A stretch of 62,981 bases of DNA, counting the filler, from Craspedostauros australis (lineage: Eukaryota): the NCBI GenBank assembly GCA_030167865.1. It is 8 parts of 8 records of this genome, joined end to end, with 100 filler letters (N's around TTAATTAATTAA, not from the genome) between each part and the next. Parts side by side here need not be neighbours in the genome. Positions count along the whole stretch, not along the records: positions 22,889 to 52,831 come from JALAGF010006299.1; 7 more parts are not named here. One strand, 5' to 3'. The notes under the pieces were generated by a model, which saw only the letters and a program-made list of their open reading frames with translations, made no database searches and was not told the DNA's origin. Position numbers and translations under genes: made by a program. Below are positions 24,709-37,848 of this stretch, one piece after another. How positions within the stretch are numbered: position 1 is the first letter of the stretch; each line of letters begins with the position of its first letter.

Positions 24709-26099
24709 ATGATGTCCAATTCGATGCTCCAATCGATGAGCATAGCTGCGATCTTCCTTTTCTGCACAACAAGCATCTGCAGTCATGCTTCTGCATTCGG
24801 TGTTGCTCCTGCTCCAGTTATAGGCAGAGCGGTTGGAAGTGCGCACGGAACAACGAGCGCGAGTATGAGGAGGAGCAGAAGTTCATCGCAACCTCCATCA
24901 CCGATAGCCACGCTCTCCAACTTCAACCACAATTCAAACTCCGATGCCAACTCCCAAGAACGATCCACAATGCAAAGCACAATCTTCGGTCGCCAGTCCC
25001 CAACCACAACAACAACGACCCTGCGAATGCAACACAAAAGCTCCATCTTCACGCAGGTCATCTCCGACGTCGATGACACCTTGAAAAGCAGCGGCGGCGT
25101 CAATGTGGCCGGCGTCGCGCTCGGCGGCATCGACGTGCAGTACGAACGCGGCGACTTCTACCCCGGCGTGGCGGAATTCATGCTGGAGATGAGCCGCTTC
25201 GGCGTCCCCGACAACACGCGGACCATCCCCAAGGTCGCGATCCTCACGGCGCGCGCCGAAGAATTCAAGGTGGCGCTCGAGATCAAGGACTCCAGCTCGT
25301 TGGCCAAGGCCATGCGCAGCGCGGGTGAGACGGCGGGGATCGATGGATGGGGTGTGGGGCCGGTGCTGTATGGCAGCGTCGCGGAGTGGATCGTGCAGTA
25401 CCGCAAGGGGTTGCGCAAGTTCACCAACTTTGAGCGGCTGCTCCTGCAAGATCCGACGGGCATGATATTTCAGGTACGGTTGGCGGATGCGTTTGCAAAT
25501 CAGGTGGGACGCCATGGGATGAGATGAAGCATGCATCATGTAGCATGTCTCATGTATCATGTAGCATGGCGTATTGTACAATTTGGCCCATGCGGTTGCA
25601 TGAGCGATGGTACGACAGACTAGGAATGTAGTGCTCTGTCGCAACCTGCACAGAACAGAATCTCTCTCACGACTACGTACTATTTGTACCACACCCTCTA
25701 TCAAACGACGTTCCACAACCCATTTTGCCATGCTACTCTCCACAGTACGTGTACGTCGGCGACACCGGAGAACTGGACCAGGAAGCAGGCGAAGCGATGC
25801 TGAGAGAATATCCCGAAGTTGTAAAGGCCGTCTTCCTCCATGTCGTGTCCGACATCCGAGATCCGCCGCCCGATATCCCAGCACCCAAGATGATCAACGG
25901 ACGACCCTTGGTGTTCTTCAAGACGTATGTCGGCGCAGCCGTCGATGCCGTGCAGCTGGGATTCATGAGCGTCGACGGTCTGCAGTCCGTGATGGATGCC
26001 GCAGTGCTGAAGCTGCAGGATGTGCCCAAGACAAGCGATAAGTGGGACGACATCACCATCGACATGGCGCGAGCTGAAGTCATTCTGCAAGAGTCTTAA
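24709..26099 (+). CDS. Plastid-targeted HAD-fold protein, APP1 phosphatidate phosphatase catalytic-domain-like
   Basis: Signal peptide + ASAFGV, ISDVDDTL (DxDxT), ILTAR, YVGDTGELDQEAG. Intron 25474-25745. Confidence 0.7.
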
Positions 26100-26699
26100 C
26101 ATTATTCATGATACGCGAGTAACGTATGGTTGAGGTAACGCTACAGTTCTGGTTTGGTATGCTTGGAGCTCCTCTCATCAATCTCATTGTATCGTTGTGA
26201 AGTGGAGTACAATGCTCTACTCTCTATTCTACTCTGCTCAAAGGAATGTGTTCAACAACTGTGGTCTTCTCTAATCCATCTAGACTTCTCATTGAATCAT
26301 ACGGGATTGAAGTTGTCAGCTTCGTTTCGCCCACGTTTTGTGTCCACGATCTTTGTGGCGTCAACCACGGTGGTGTGATGGTGGTGGCATCAATGATGAT
26401 GACGCACAACCGAATCATCATGGGGCAATCTGCACATCGCAAACAACCATCACCGTTCGATTGCGAAGCATCTTGCGTTGGTCTCGTTACGATCCATCAC
26501 ATCACATCACACCACATCAGACTGCCCCCTGAATCCAATCCAACACAATACAGCACTGCGCTCCATTCTTCCTCTCCGCACTTCGCAACTAGCCGATCAC
26601 ACCGCCACATCTCCATCTCCAAGCAATATTCTCACATCGTAAGATACTGGTACTCGGACGACACTCGTACTCGCACTCGCGCTAATAGTACAAGACATC

Positions 26700-27670
26700 A
26701 TGCTCAGCAAACGAATCCTTCTCATTGCCTCCGTGGCTTCCTGCGTCCATGCATTCTCCTTCAATGTCAACAGCCAAACCCACAACGCCAACAATGCCGA
26801 CATCTCCAGAAGACAGGCCATCGCCACAACCTTCGGTCTGTCCGCCTTGATCGCGCAAAGCCAAACGGCCAACGCCATCGCCAAGCCACCTTCGGAGGAA
26901 GATCTGAAGCGCATCAAGGTCGGCTACGATCAGATCCAGTACCTGCTGCAGAACTTCGAACAGGAGACCACGACGTGCCGCGAGAATGGCGGAGAATGCA
27001 AGCGCGATGCCGAACCCATCCGTCGCGTTCTGGGATTGCGCAGCACCACGGATCCGCTCTTCCAGATCGACAAGGTCTTTGCCCGCGTCAAGTACATGGA
27101 CGTCGATCCGGATAAGCTCGATGATTTCTTTGCGGCGTCGGAGGATTGGACGTCCGCCATGACCATGTCCAATGTGCGTATCAATGCAGTGCACCATTGC
27201 CGCAGTGTATCACTCGGAGTGTTGTGTGATGGTCTGCTGCATCCATTGCTGTCAAGCGCATACATCTAGAAAGAGACATGGCGATGCTTGTTGTAGGTTG
27301 TGTAGACAATCTTTCGTTGGATAGATCTGCATCCAAATCCGCCGATCATTCAGGCCGTGTCACATTCATGAATTTCTTTCCAGAGGCCTTGAACTATTAT
27401 ACACGTTGTCTTGTGCTCCATCTTCTCACACGTTGCGTATCTTCCATACTCTCATTCACATCCAACCCTTTACTCCATTCATCCAACCATCACACGCACA
27501 TACACACATTTACACAGTCCATGGCATTCATTTCGCAATTCGGAGAATACAACCCAGGCGGTGGAAAGGACGAAGTGCTCAAGTACCTCAATGAAAGCAA
27601 GAAGCAGGTGGAGACGGCCGCACAGTGTCTTCGCGTCATCATGGACACTCTGGATATCAAGTATGATTAG
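26700..27670 (+). CDS. Thylakoid lumen protein (Tat-targeted, PsbQ-like helical bundle)
   Basis: Signal VHA-FSF, twin-Arg SRRQAI, lumen cleavage ANA, DAEPIRRVLGLRSTTDPLF, SQFGEYNPGGGKD. Intron 27174-27517. Confidence 0.7.
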
Positions 27671-27972
27671 AACAACAACACCCGCATCAGCAGAGCACGT
27701 ACAGTATAGGACAGTACGGTGCTCCACAGTGAACTACAGCGCTATTCCACGCATCTGCAATCATCCCCGGCACTGTTATTGCATGATACTCGCACACTCG
27801 CAGCAACAAGAGCCATACGAGTACTTGTGATAGCATAACAGTTTACCATAGCTACATCCTTCCTTCATTCGTCATCACCATTATCAACATGGTCCTCCTT
27901 TGTCTGAGTATGCTGACAGGGTTCAGTACGCATACTCGCACCATGCCCGTACGTGTCCACGAGCTTAGTCCA

Positions 27973-30900
27973 TCATTCGTATTGGGCTGTCGCGTACAAA
28001 GCAAACGCAACCTGACTTCCAAAACCGGCGGCGAATCGGAGCGCGTACCTGCATGCGTACGGTCCGCCCTTGGAGATGTTCAATTCACCAAGGTAATCAT
28101 CCTTCTCCGCATAGTTGGGAATCGGCGGCACCGTCTGTTGCATGAGAACTTCCACCGCAGTCACATCCTCGAACGAAACGCCCATTGGGTGTCCCGTGAA
28201 GCCCTTCGTGTTCAGGATCAGCAATTTGGAGAGCAAGTCATCCCCGAATGCGGTACGCAAGGCAGCCACCTCGTTGCCAGCGCAGCTGCTGGCGCTCGAG
28301 GCATGCGTGCAGGTTTCATGCGAGAAGTACACACCGTGCGTAGCGATCTCGGCCTTCGTGATGCCGTGGATAAGTTCGACCTCCTGAAGGAATCGCTTCA
28401 GTTCCGATCCGATGTGCTTTCTATCCAATGCCGCACCGTGGTAGGCCGAATTGGAGTACTGGGTGGCCAACAACCTCGCTTTCACCTCGAACGGGTGAAG
28501 CGCAAGCTTCTGGCGTTCCATCGTGCTGACCTCAGTCTCCAACACCATACCGATGCCACCGGCTCCCATCACCATGCCCGCCCTTCTCTTGTCGAAGGGG
28601 AGCGCCGCGTCTTCGACTGCGGCAGCCGTGGATGCCGCACCAAGGGCTCGGAAACCAGATCCCAGCCATGGCAGCAACGTCTCACCAGATGCGTTGTCTC
28701 CGGCGACAACCACGACTCGTTGGGCTCGGCCAGAGATGAGCATGTCTTGTGCCATGGCAATGGCCTGGAGTTTGCGTTCAAGCAAATGTTAATGCAAAAA
28801 AGAGAAGGTGAGCGTGGTCCATTGCACAGGGCGCTGATTTTTACTCAACACTTCAATCCCATCACCTCACGTTGCATGCTTCTTCACAGCTTGGACAGCA
28901 TGTCACGAAAAAAGCAGAGAGAGTATGGCAGTCCGCTGTCTCGTACTTACCTGTGTTGTACCTGCACATGCGGCGTTCGTTTGAGTGTTTGGTCCACGGC
29001 ATCCAGCCAACTGGGCCAGCTGAGAGTTGCCAAGCACCAGCACGCGGAATAGGAACTTCCTGTCGAATTCGTACTCCGCCACGGTCTCACCGTCACCGCC
29101 GTTGTCATGGGATGACAGCTCATTGGATCGGGCAAGCAAACGAGCAAACGCGGCCTCATCGTCGTCCGATAGCGCTCGATCTGGCGATGCACGCACGAGA
29201 CGGCTTCGCAGAGCGGAGACCAGCCTCATGGTGGGAGCAGCACCGACGGTCTTGGATTGCAGGAACTTCATCACTTCTCCAACTGCCGCGTCCATGGCTG
29301 GGAAGCTGGAAGCGTACACCACACCTGTGGAATCGCGGTACTGCTCGGGTAGCAGCCAGTCCTTCGGATCCGAAGTCTTACCGCTCACCAGTCCAGCATT
29401 CTTCAGTGCTTCCATACCAGCAGCCACGGCAACCTGCGCGGCCACATCCATAGTGCTTGCCAGGCCACGTGGCACACCGTACAGCGTTGTGAGGTCGAAC
29501 GATCCTAGCTGCGCCGCCAGCTTGACGATCTTCGTCTCGTCATCAACCTTCAACCTCTTCGAAGTGCCATCTGGGAACTTCTTCAGCTGCACCACGTTCT
29601 TTTCCAGCATCGCCATCTTGACGCTGCCGCTGATGGGTGTGATGCACGTCTCTCCCGCGATCAAACGCTTCATGTTGTCGCTGGCGAACACGTTGTCCTG
29701 GTTGCCTGGAAGACCAGCTGCTGTGCCCGTAATGACGCAGGCGACGCGCCTTCTGGCCTCGGTGGCCTTGTCCGCATTGCCCTCCTCCGTCGCAACCAAA
29801 ACTTCCAACTTGCCAGTCACAGGATGCGAAAGCTGATCACGTTTGGACAGGCGAAGAACGATGGGCGGTGCCAATGTCAAGGTCTCCTTGCCTGCCTCGG
29901 GCTTCGCCATCTTGGCATCGAGAGGAACTCTCGAGTATGTTCTTCGCCATTTGGAATCGATGCCGTTGAGGTAGTATGTGCCTGGGAAGAGGCGTCCGAC
30001 ATTTGGGTACACGGGGCTGTACGGTGCACCTGCCCTGTGCATGCGTGCTCTGGTTTCCAGCGCATGGTCCAATTCGCTGGGATCGACTTTCTCGCGTGTT
30101 TGCAGACGATCCATGAGCTTCATGGCAGCCGCCATCTTCTCGACGGAGAACTTGTCGCTCGTTGTTGGCTTGCGGCTGTTGATCATGACACGAGAGTTAT
30201 GTCGAGCAGAGTAGAGTGGAATGGCATATCGACAGTAATCGTTTAAAAAAATGAGGAAGAGTGGAGAGCGTGAGCAAAAAATAGGTTAACGCCAGACCAG
30301 ATGATGGTTGATGACATCAACACCGACATCAACATCATTGGCGATAGTAATTCCCACCAAAGCAAATGAGACACTTACACAGTGAGGCGGTACATGGTGG
30401 CGATTGCTCCGCTGCCGTAGGAGAACATAACGATGGTCTTGCCGGGCGTGAGGTCGCCACGTCCTCCGGCACGATCCACGAGCGACGCCAATCCCAAGAA
30501 GACGCTGGCCGTGTAGGTGTTACCAACCAACTTGCTGACGGCGTTGCTGTCCGTGAGCTTCTCCTTGTAAGTGGCGGCCGAGGCGGTCTTGAGAGCCTTC
30601 TCGAGGGCCTTGTCGGCGTATGTGTCCTCGATGGGTTTCGTGATCCACTCCTTGAGGCCGCTGTCGTCGGCATTGTCGTCCTCATCCTTCTTTTCCTCGT
30701 CGGACTCCTCCTTGCGTCGCGAATCCAAGAAGAATAGCCGACCGAAGGACTTCTGAACGAGCTTATTGTAGGGCGCGTGGAAGCAAAAGTAGTCTGGGGT
30801 GGTGGCATCGAAGGTCGGCGTCGATGCAGCGCTGTTGGTTTTGGATTTCTTCGGCGTGGACAGCGAGGATGAGGACGCCTGTGCCATCTGCACATTCATC

Positions 30901-31944
30901 TTGTCGCAGAACCTAGCGTAAACATCCTCCAACGCCTGGTAGTAGCAAACCTGCGACAGAGCGCCGTCGACGGTGGGATACTCGACCGTGTGATCGGGCT
31001 TGAAGAAATCCCACACGTGCGCGGCATGCGTGGCACGTTCCTTGGGGTTGAAGGCCAGCGGGGCATCGCGCCCGATGAGGACGGCCACGGCCCCCGCACC
31101 GCAAGTGGGACGCGCCGGTCCCCTGGCGTAGGCCGCAATATCGGCAGCCACGACGATGGCGTAACGACCATCCCAGCCGTCGCTCTCCACCCACATCATG
31201 GCGTTGAGCAGCGCGGCCGTGCCGCCGTAGCATGCGTTGACGATGGTGGCGCCTTCAATGTCCGTGTTGCCTGGGAAGAGATCCATGAGGACTGTTTTGG
31301 TGGATTTCGATTTGTCCACCAAGGTCTCCGTTCCAATCTCCAATCGTCCCACCTGCATCGGGTCGATCTCGTATCTGCGAAGAAAAGCATGAACATGGAC
31401 ATGAAAGAGTGGAGTGATTGAGAGTGGTAGTGTGCGAGGAGAGCACTCGGAGTGTGATGAGATCAATGTGATGGACGTATGAGATTGCAAGGAAGACGAT
31501 ATATTACAAGACAATAGGAAAGCACAGCCACCATTGAACACAGGACCAACACTCTTGGAACAACCAGGTAGCCAATCAAGTACTCCAATCATGTACTCAA
31601 CCAACCAACGGACGGAAGACTCACTTCTCGAGCAAGGAATGCACCACCGTCAATGCCAGACTGTTGACATCTTCGGCGTCGCCGCACACGGCCAATCCTT
31701 CCTGTCCCAACCCGATGGTGTAGCGACCTTGCGAGACGCCGGAATGCTTCTCGAGATCGGTCTGCGACACGTAGGTCGATGGTGTGTAGACCTCCATACC
31801 CAGGATTCCGACGTTCTTGTCGCTGTGGCTCGTGGCTGTGTCGCTTCCATGGAAGGAGTTGCTGCTGAGGCGTTGGACGGCACGAGAGGCCACGACGCCG
31901 ACGGCGGCCCCCATGGCCAATGCGCTGCTCACGTTGTCTTGCAT
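27973..31944 (-). CDS. HMGS: HMG-CoA synthase fused to a beta-ketoacyl synthase domain (1110 aa)
   Basis: Exons 31944-31625, 31374-30379, 30175-28951 and 28764-27973 total 3333 nt in frame. HMGS motifs GTETLVDKSKS, NACYGGT, FHAPY, GNTYTAS, SYGSG, GTYYL..ID..WRRTY. KS motifs NAACAGTT, SHETCT, TKGFTGHPMG, AAGFGSQ. Confidence 0.92.
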
Positions 31945-33951
31945 GGTGTGGCGTTGTTTCTTCTGTGGACAGAGTGCACGTGTTATATTATATTGTATTC
32001 CAGTGTATTGATATGGTATAATATTATGGAATATGATACGATATGTCGTCAGAGAGGTATTGTACTGCTACGAGCTTGACCTCCAGCTTGGGCTGCAGGT
32101 CTCCTTTGCAACAATCGCTTGCTGATGTTGTGAGCAGCAAGCAGAGCAGCTCGTACGGAAGGGGTGGGACTCAAGGTCGGTGATACTCCTTGTTGTGTTG
32201 TATTGTACTGTGTTGTATTGTACTGTGTTGTATCGTGTTGTATCGTGTTGCGTTGTGCCAAACCTCCTTCCGATTGGATCGGCTTCAGCTTGCGAGGATG
32301 CTGCAACTGTGAAGTCGTGTTCGCCCAGCTGATGGATGCTGTCAACGATGCTGTCACAACCTGCTGTTGCTGTGATGGTAATCACCTGCCAAAGAATGCG
32401 ATACAATGCAATGCAATGGATTCAACCGCAAGTATAATAGGTAGTAGCTTCTCGGAGTGTTGTGGTATGTGGTTTGGCTGACACGAGGAACGCAATGGAT
32501 CGGGTTGCGATACAAGAAGAGGAGATCATTGTTCCCCATCTCCAGTTTTTTGAAACCGTTCCAACCAAGAGAGAAAGAGCGCGAAGAAGAAAGGAAACGA
32601 ACAACAACAACACAAAAGTTTGCATTGGCGTGACACAACCATTGCCGTTGAATAACTGCAACTTAACGTTCATTGCGAGAGCCATTGCCGATTCAATGGA
32701 CCACACTCAGTTTGACCACTCATCCCAACACCCACAACATCTTTCACTCAGCACTCAACGAAACACACCACACAACACAATTCAGACAACACAATTCACG
32801 CAACAACCATGAAGATGACACACAGCACGAAGACAGCAGCAATGCAAACAGCAACCATGACGACAATGACAAGGAAGACGACGAAGACGACGATGACAAT
32901 GAGATGATGCGTTTCCAACAGTTGCAATGAATGACGACAGGTGCGTGAGCCAAGTCTTTGTCGGAACGACTCTCGCACTCATGGATGCAACACGCACAGG
33001 ATCCGACCACAGCTCGCAACGGATTGCCATTGACGAATTCAGATTCGGGTGAACTCGATGTAACATGTAGACTGTAAAAGTCTCGTGGAGCGTCGTGTGA
33101 TCATGAACCACTTCGAATTAGACCACAATTTTCTGAGGCGAATTCCGGCGTGGGCTTGGGTGGTGTGGGGGTCTTTGTCCTGCGCCGTGTGAACGTGTTT
33201 GCAACCATCATCATCAGTGGCATCAGCAGCAGCAGCAGTAGATGATGGAGCGTGAGCGATTTCGGGCCATCTTGCTCCAGCGACAGCTGCAAAACCACCA
33301 TCACTCTCGATCCTTTCGTTGATTCACTACGGCCGATGATGTCGATAAAAATTTAAAGTTTGAGATCACGATGGAAACGGCATCAAGGCTCCGGCCCTCT
33401 TGCACGCCCAATTGAGTGATACAATCCCATCCCATGAGGCCACAAGTCAATCAGTCAACCAATCGATCGATCGAAGGTATCAGCAGAGCGGAGCGTGTTG
33501 CGTTCCTCACTTCCACGATCATGTCTCCATTCCATTTTTCCAGTGTCCTTGAAAATTAAGCAGATTGGGACAGAAATGCTCACCACTTTTGGTCACAATA
33601 CGCTTCCAAATCTATCAATTCTCAATTTCCACACAAAAAACGACAGATTCCGCTGTCTGTCATACGTACGAACGCAGCCAACATCAACACGCCCAACCAT
33701 CACATCACCACAGAAACGCGTGATGGGCGTCATGACATTCGAGTATCTCGTGCTCTCCACAAGGACACATCAACACAAAAACGGTCTCCCAAACATCATC
33801 GAATCACCGATCCAACAGTCCTTGGACATCTCTCTTGATCTTTGCTTCCTGCAGACTGCTCATATTATCCTCATAAAACGCAAGGCAACAGCAGCAACAA
33901 GGACAACAACGCAGACGTCGACACAGACAAGGATCACACTGACAGCATTTC

Positions 33952-34833
33952 TTGATCATGCGCCGCCATAACTTCCTCGTGCTCATCCTTGAGCTATGCA
34001 TGACAGCAACCATCGTTGGTGGAACGACGGCATTCGCCACACTCCCCGAACTGCAGCTCTCTGCTGCGGCGTCCGGTCGCAGAGCCCTCTCGGCATCCAC
34101 GGTGCCCACAGCGCCGACGGCCAACGCACCGTGGAGAGAGTTGCGTGGAGGCGCCAAACAACGCGGCCAGAAGACACCCGACAACAAGAACCCGTCGGCC
34201 ACCGAGCCAGATGACGAGCTCATCGATCTGGATCTACCCGCCGGAGGAACCAACAAGCTGGGAGCGGCGCTGCTGGTGCCATTCGCATCCTTCGGACGCA
34301 TCTATTCATCAAGTCTGGAAGCACGCCCCATCTTGACCAAGAGCGCGACGGCGGGTTTCATCTTTGCCCTCTCGGATTTCCTGGCCCAGCGGATCGAGCG
34401 CAAGTCCTCGGAAACCAAGCTGGATTGGACGAGACTGATCTGCTCCGGCCTCGTGGGCCTGCTGTACTTCGGTCCCGCCGCGCATTACTGGTACGAGATG
34501 ATCTTCTGGCTGCTGCCCGGCACGTCGTTGGGCTCCACGCTCGCGAAGGCGTTCTGGGGACAGGTCATATTCGGGCCGTCCTTCACGTGCATCTTCTTCG
34601 CTGTCAGCCTGCTGCAGGGCGGCAACTTCACGCTGGGCTCCTGGTGGTCCAAGATCCGATCGGACCTGCCGGGGGCATGGCTGGCAGGCGTCGGTTTCTG
34701 GCCCCTCGTCGATCTCATCAGCTTCTCCATCGTGCCCATCAAGTGGATCCCGCTCTTCATCAACCTCTGCTCGTTGGTCTGGACCATCTACCTGTCTATC
34801 GTCGCCAATAAGTCGACCAGCAAAGCCAGCTAG
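33952..34833 (+). CDS. Mpv17/PMP22 family membrane protein with N-terminal presequence
   Basis: RPILTKSATAG, SDFLAQ, DWTR, GPAAHYWY, QVIFGP, FWPLVDLISF..VP, WTIYLS. Confidence 0.92.
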   Translation: MIMRRHNFLVLILELCMTATIVGGTTAFATLPELQLSAAASGRRALSASTVPTAPTANAPWRELRGGAKQRGQKTPDNKNPSATEPDDELIDLDLPAGGTNKLGAALLVPFASFGRIYSSSLEARPILTKSATAGFIFALSDFLAQRIERKSSETKLDWTRLICSGLVGLLYFGPAAHYWYEMIFWLLPGTSLGSTLAKAFWGQVIFGPSFTCIFFAVSLLQGGNFTLGSWWSKIRSDLPGAWLAGVGFWPLVDLISFSIVPIKWIPLFINLCSLVWTIYLSIVANKSTSKAS

Positions 34834-35647
34834 GGGCTCCTGCGAATCGGCGGAAACAAGGCATGTCAACCGCTGGCGGCTATTGGGATGATCGTGTTGC
34901 GAGTCCGAACAGGCTCATAATATAAGCGCGTATTACATACTCCACAGTATGATGTATTGCGAACAAGCATGGAGTAGAGTACCCCGCTTACTACTCTTAT
35001 TATTGCATGAATGAAGAGTGCGGAGTCCTTTTCATTCTCTCCATTGTCGCCGCCAGCGAACTGGCAAAGCCTACTCTCCAGCCGTAATCGTGTTTCTCGT
35101 AGCGTGTGTCGATCGGATCGATTCGTCAACAAACATGACGAAATCAATGTACGATTCGAACCAAACGATCACATGCGAGATTCAACACGACTCAAGCAAA
35201 CACACGACACGAAAGAAGGAAATCGCAACAGCTCTTTTCTCGTGACCCGGCGAAGGAAAATGATGCCAAAACCGCAACGGCATTCGTGCGCAGCTTCGCC
35301 GTGTTTGACTGTGCGAACAACGAAATCCAACGCCATTGAATCATAGTCGCACGAAACCAAACAGGATCACCTCAAGTCAAGAGCCAAAGCAAGCTGAGCA
35401 TTCAAAAGCGAAAGGCAATACAGGAAGCAGCGCTCTACTCTGTTGATACGCAGCATTGCATCAGGAGACAACACGAAGGCCCATTATCATCAAAGCAAGG
35501 AGAAGACGAAGAGGAAGATAGAGCAGAGCACTCAAGCGTAGAGCAATCAACAGTAGAGCAGAAGCATCCAACTCAAAGAGGCGAAGGACGACTCACGCTG
35601 CACACAGAGAAAGACAGAAAGACAGCAACGTATAATAGACAGAGACA

Positions 35648-37448
35648 ATGGATAACTCATTCATCCCACAAGCGATCGAGGTCGTGGCCAAAGCCATCGA
35701 CGCTGACAACGCCAAGGAGTACGAGAAGGCGCTGAGCCTGTACCGCGATGCCTTGGCGCGCTTCACCACGGGTCTCAAGTACGAGAAGAACGAGCCCCGC
35801 AAGAAGCTCATCCTGGATCGGGTGGAAGGCTACATGAAGCGCGCGGAGGAGCTGAGGGACTACATCGCCAAGCAGAACGAGCTGGAAAAGAACGGAGGCG
35901 GTGGATCTGCCACGCGAAAGGCCGGCGACGGCAAGGACGACGACGATGACAAGGAGCAGAAGAAGCTGCGCGGTGCGCTGGCCGGCGCCATCGTCTCGGA
36001 GAAGCCCAACATCAAGTGGGAGGATGTGGCTGGTTTGGACAATGCCAAGGAGAGTCTCAAGGAGGTGCGTTCATTCGGTCTCACAGTTCCTTGTTTCTTT
36101 GTGCAATTGTGCGTTTGTGCGTTAGTACACTTGATCAGGTTGCGTTCCATTGCTTCATCATCCTTTCGGGTTGGAGTTGGGTTGCAAACGCCAACCACCA
36201 TCCGCATTCTCAAGTCGTGCTTCAAGGAGATGAACGTTGAAGTCCGACTGAATTTCATTGCACAGACAACAAATGATGACAAATGATGCCAAATGATTAC
36301 TATATGATGAATGGCGATGGCGATGGCAAATGATGTGTAGAAACAACACACAGCCTGTGTTGATGACGAAATGGCAATGAATGACAAAGCCAGCATGGCA
36401 TCGTACGAGCGCTCACCTGCAAACTCTCTTGCCTTGCTTTTCCGTTCTTTCTTGGACTTGCAATTTTTCCCAATTGTGACGACAATCTCTCTGACGATGG
36501 GAACAACGACAACATCAGACGGTCATTCTGCCCACAAAATTCCCGCAGCTGTTCACAGGCAAGCGCCGTCCCTTCAAGGGAATTCTGCTGTACGGACCAC
36601 CGGGAACTGGTAAGTCGTACCTGGCCAAGGCAGTGGCGACGGAAGCCGACTCCACCTTCTTCTCCGTGAGCAGTGCCGACCTCATCTCCAAGTGGCAGGG
36701 AGAATCCGAAAAGCTCGTGCGCAACCTCTTCGAGATGGCCCGTGAGTCGGAGGGCGGTCGCGCCATCATCTTCATCGACGAGGTGGACTCCCTGTGCGGA
36801 AGCCGCAGCGAAGGTGAATCTGACAGCTCGCGACGCGTCAAGACCGAGTTCCTCGTGCAGATGGACGGCGTGGGCCAGGCGGAGGGCCAGGTGCTCGTGC
36901 TGGGCGCCACCAACGTGCCGTGGGAGCTCGATGCCGCCATTCGTCGGCGATTCGAAAAGCGTGTCTACATCCCGCTGCCTGAGTCGGAGGCCCGCACGTT
37001 CATGATCAAGCTCAATCTTGGCGACACGCCCAACGAACTGGAGGACGATGACTTCGATCGGCTCGGCGAGATGACGGACGGCGCGTCCGGCAGCGACATC
37101 AAGGTCCTCGTCAAGGAGGCCCTGATGGAACCGCTGCGACGATGCCAGCAGGCGAAGCAATTCACGATCGACGAGGAGGGCTTCTATGAACCCTGCGAGA
37201 CGTACCCCAACTGCCCCTCCTGCCCGCCCAAGCTGTCGAGCGACAAGAAGGGCAAGGATTACACGTGCTCCAGATGCGGAGCGAAGCGCATGCAGCTGTG
37301 GGATGTGCCATCCGACAAGCTACGTGCTCCGGTGGTGCGGGCTTCGGACTTTCAGAAAGTCATGAAGCATTCCCATTCGTCCGTATCCGACGACGAATTG
37401 CTGCAGTTTGTGGATTGGACGAAGCAGTTTGGACAGGATGGTGCCTAA
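35648..37448 (+). CDS. VPS4: Vacuolar protein sorting 4 (MIT + AAA ATPase)
   Basis: MIT domain, EKPNIKWEDVAGL, GILLYGPPGTGKSYLAKA, IIFIDEVD, RRRFEKRVYIPLP, C-terminal FGQDG. Intron 36065-36518. Confidence 0.96.
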
Positions 37449-37848
37449 GCATTTGGCAGGGCATTCAATTGTTACAAGCCCTGCTGCTGCGATGATGCGA
37501 CACCGCAAGGCGTGGCATGATGTTGATGCGATTGGACAATTGTTGGATTCTTGGAAGACAGAACGAACCGGATATCTGCAACGAAACCATCGGCGTCGCA
37601 AAGTGTGTGCGTTGCCGTGCAGAATGGAGAAGTGCCATCGCCATACCGATTCTATTATACTAAATTGTGTACAATAGAGTATTACTCGCAACACAACCAT
37701 GGTCGGAACATGTGCGTTCATAGATGTGAGTAGGTTCATGGATGCGAGTGCTTGAGTGATTGTATGTGCATGATGGTCGACGATCACCAAGTACGAGTCA
37801 GTGTCGTAGTCGTACATGCCTCCACTCTGCGTCCTCCTGCCCACACAA

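Noticed and set aside
27889..29836. Long plus-strand ORFs (27889-29052, 29027-29836) and similar antisense ORFs elsewhere
   Set aside because: Shadow ORFs of GC-rich genes on the opposite strand, with no motifs.
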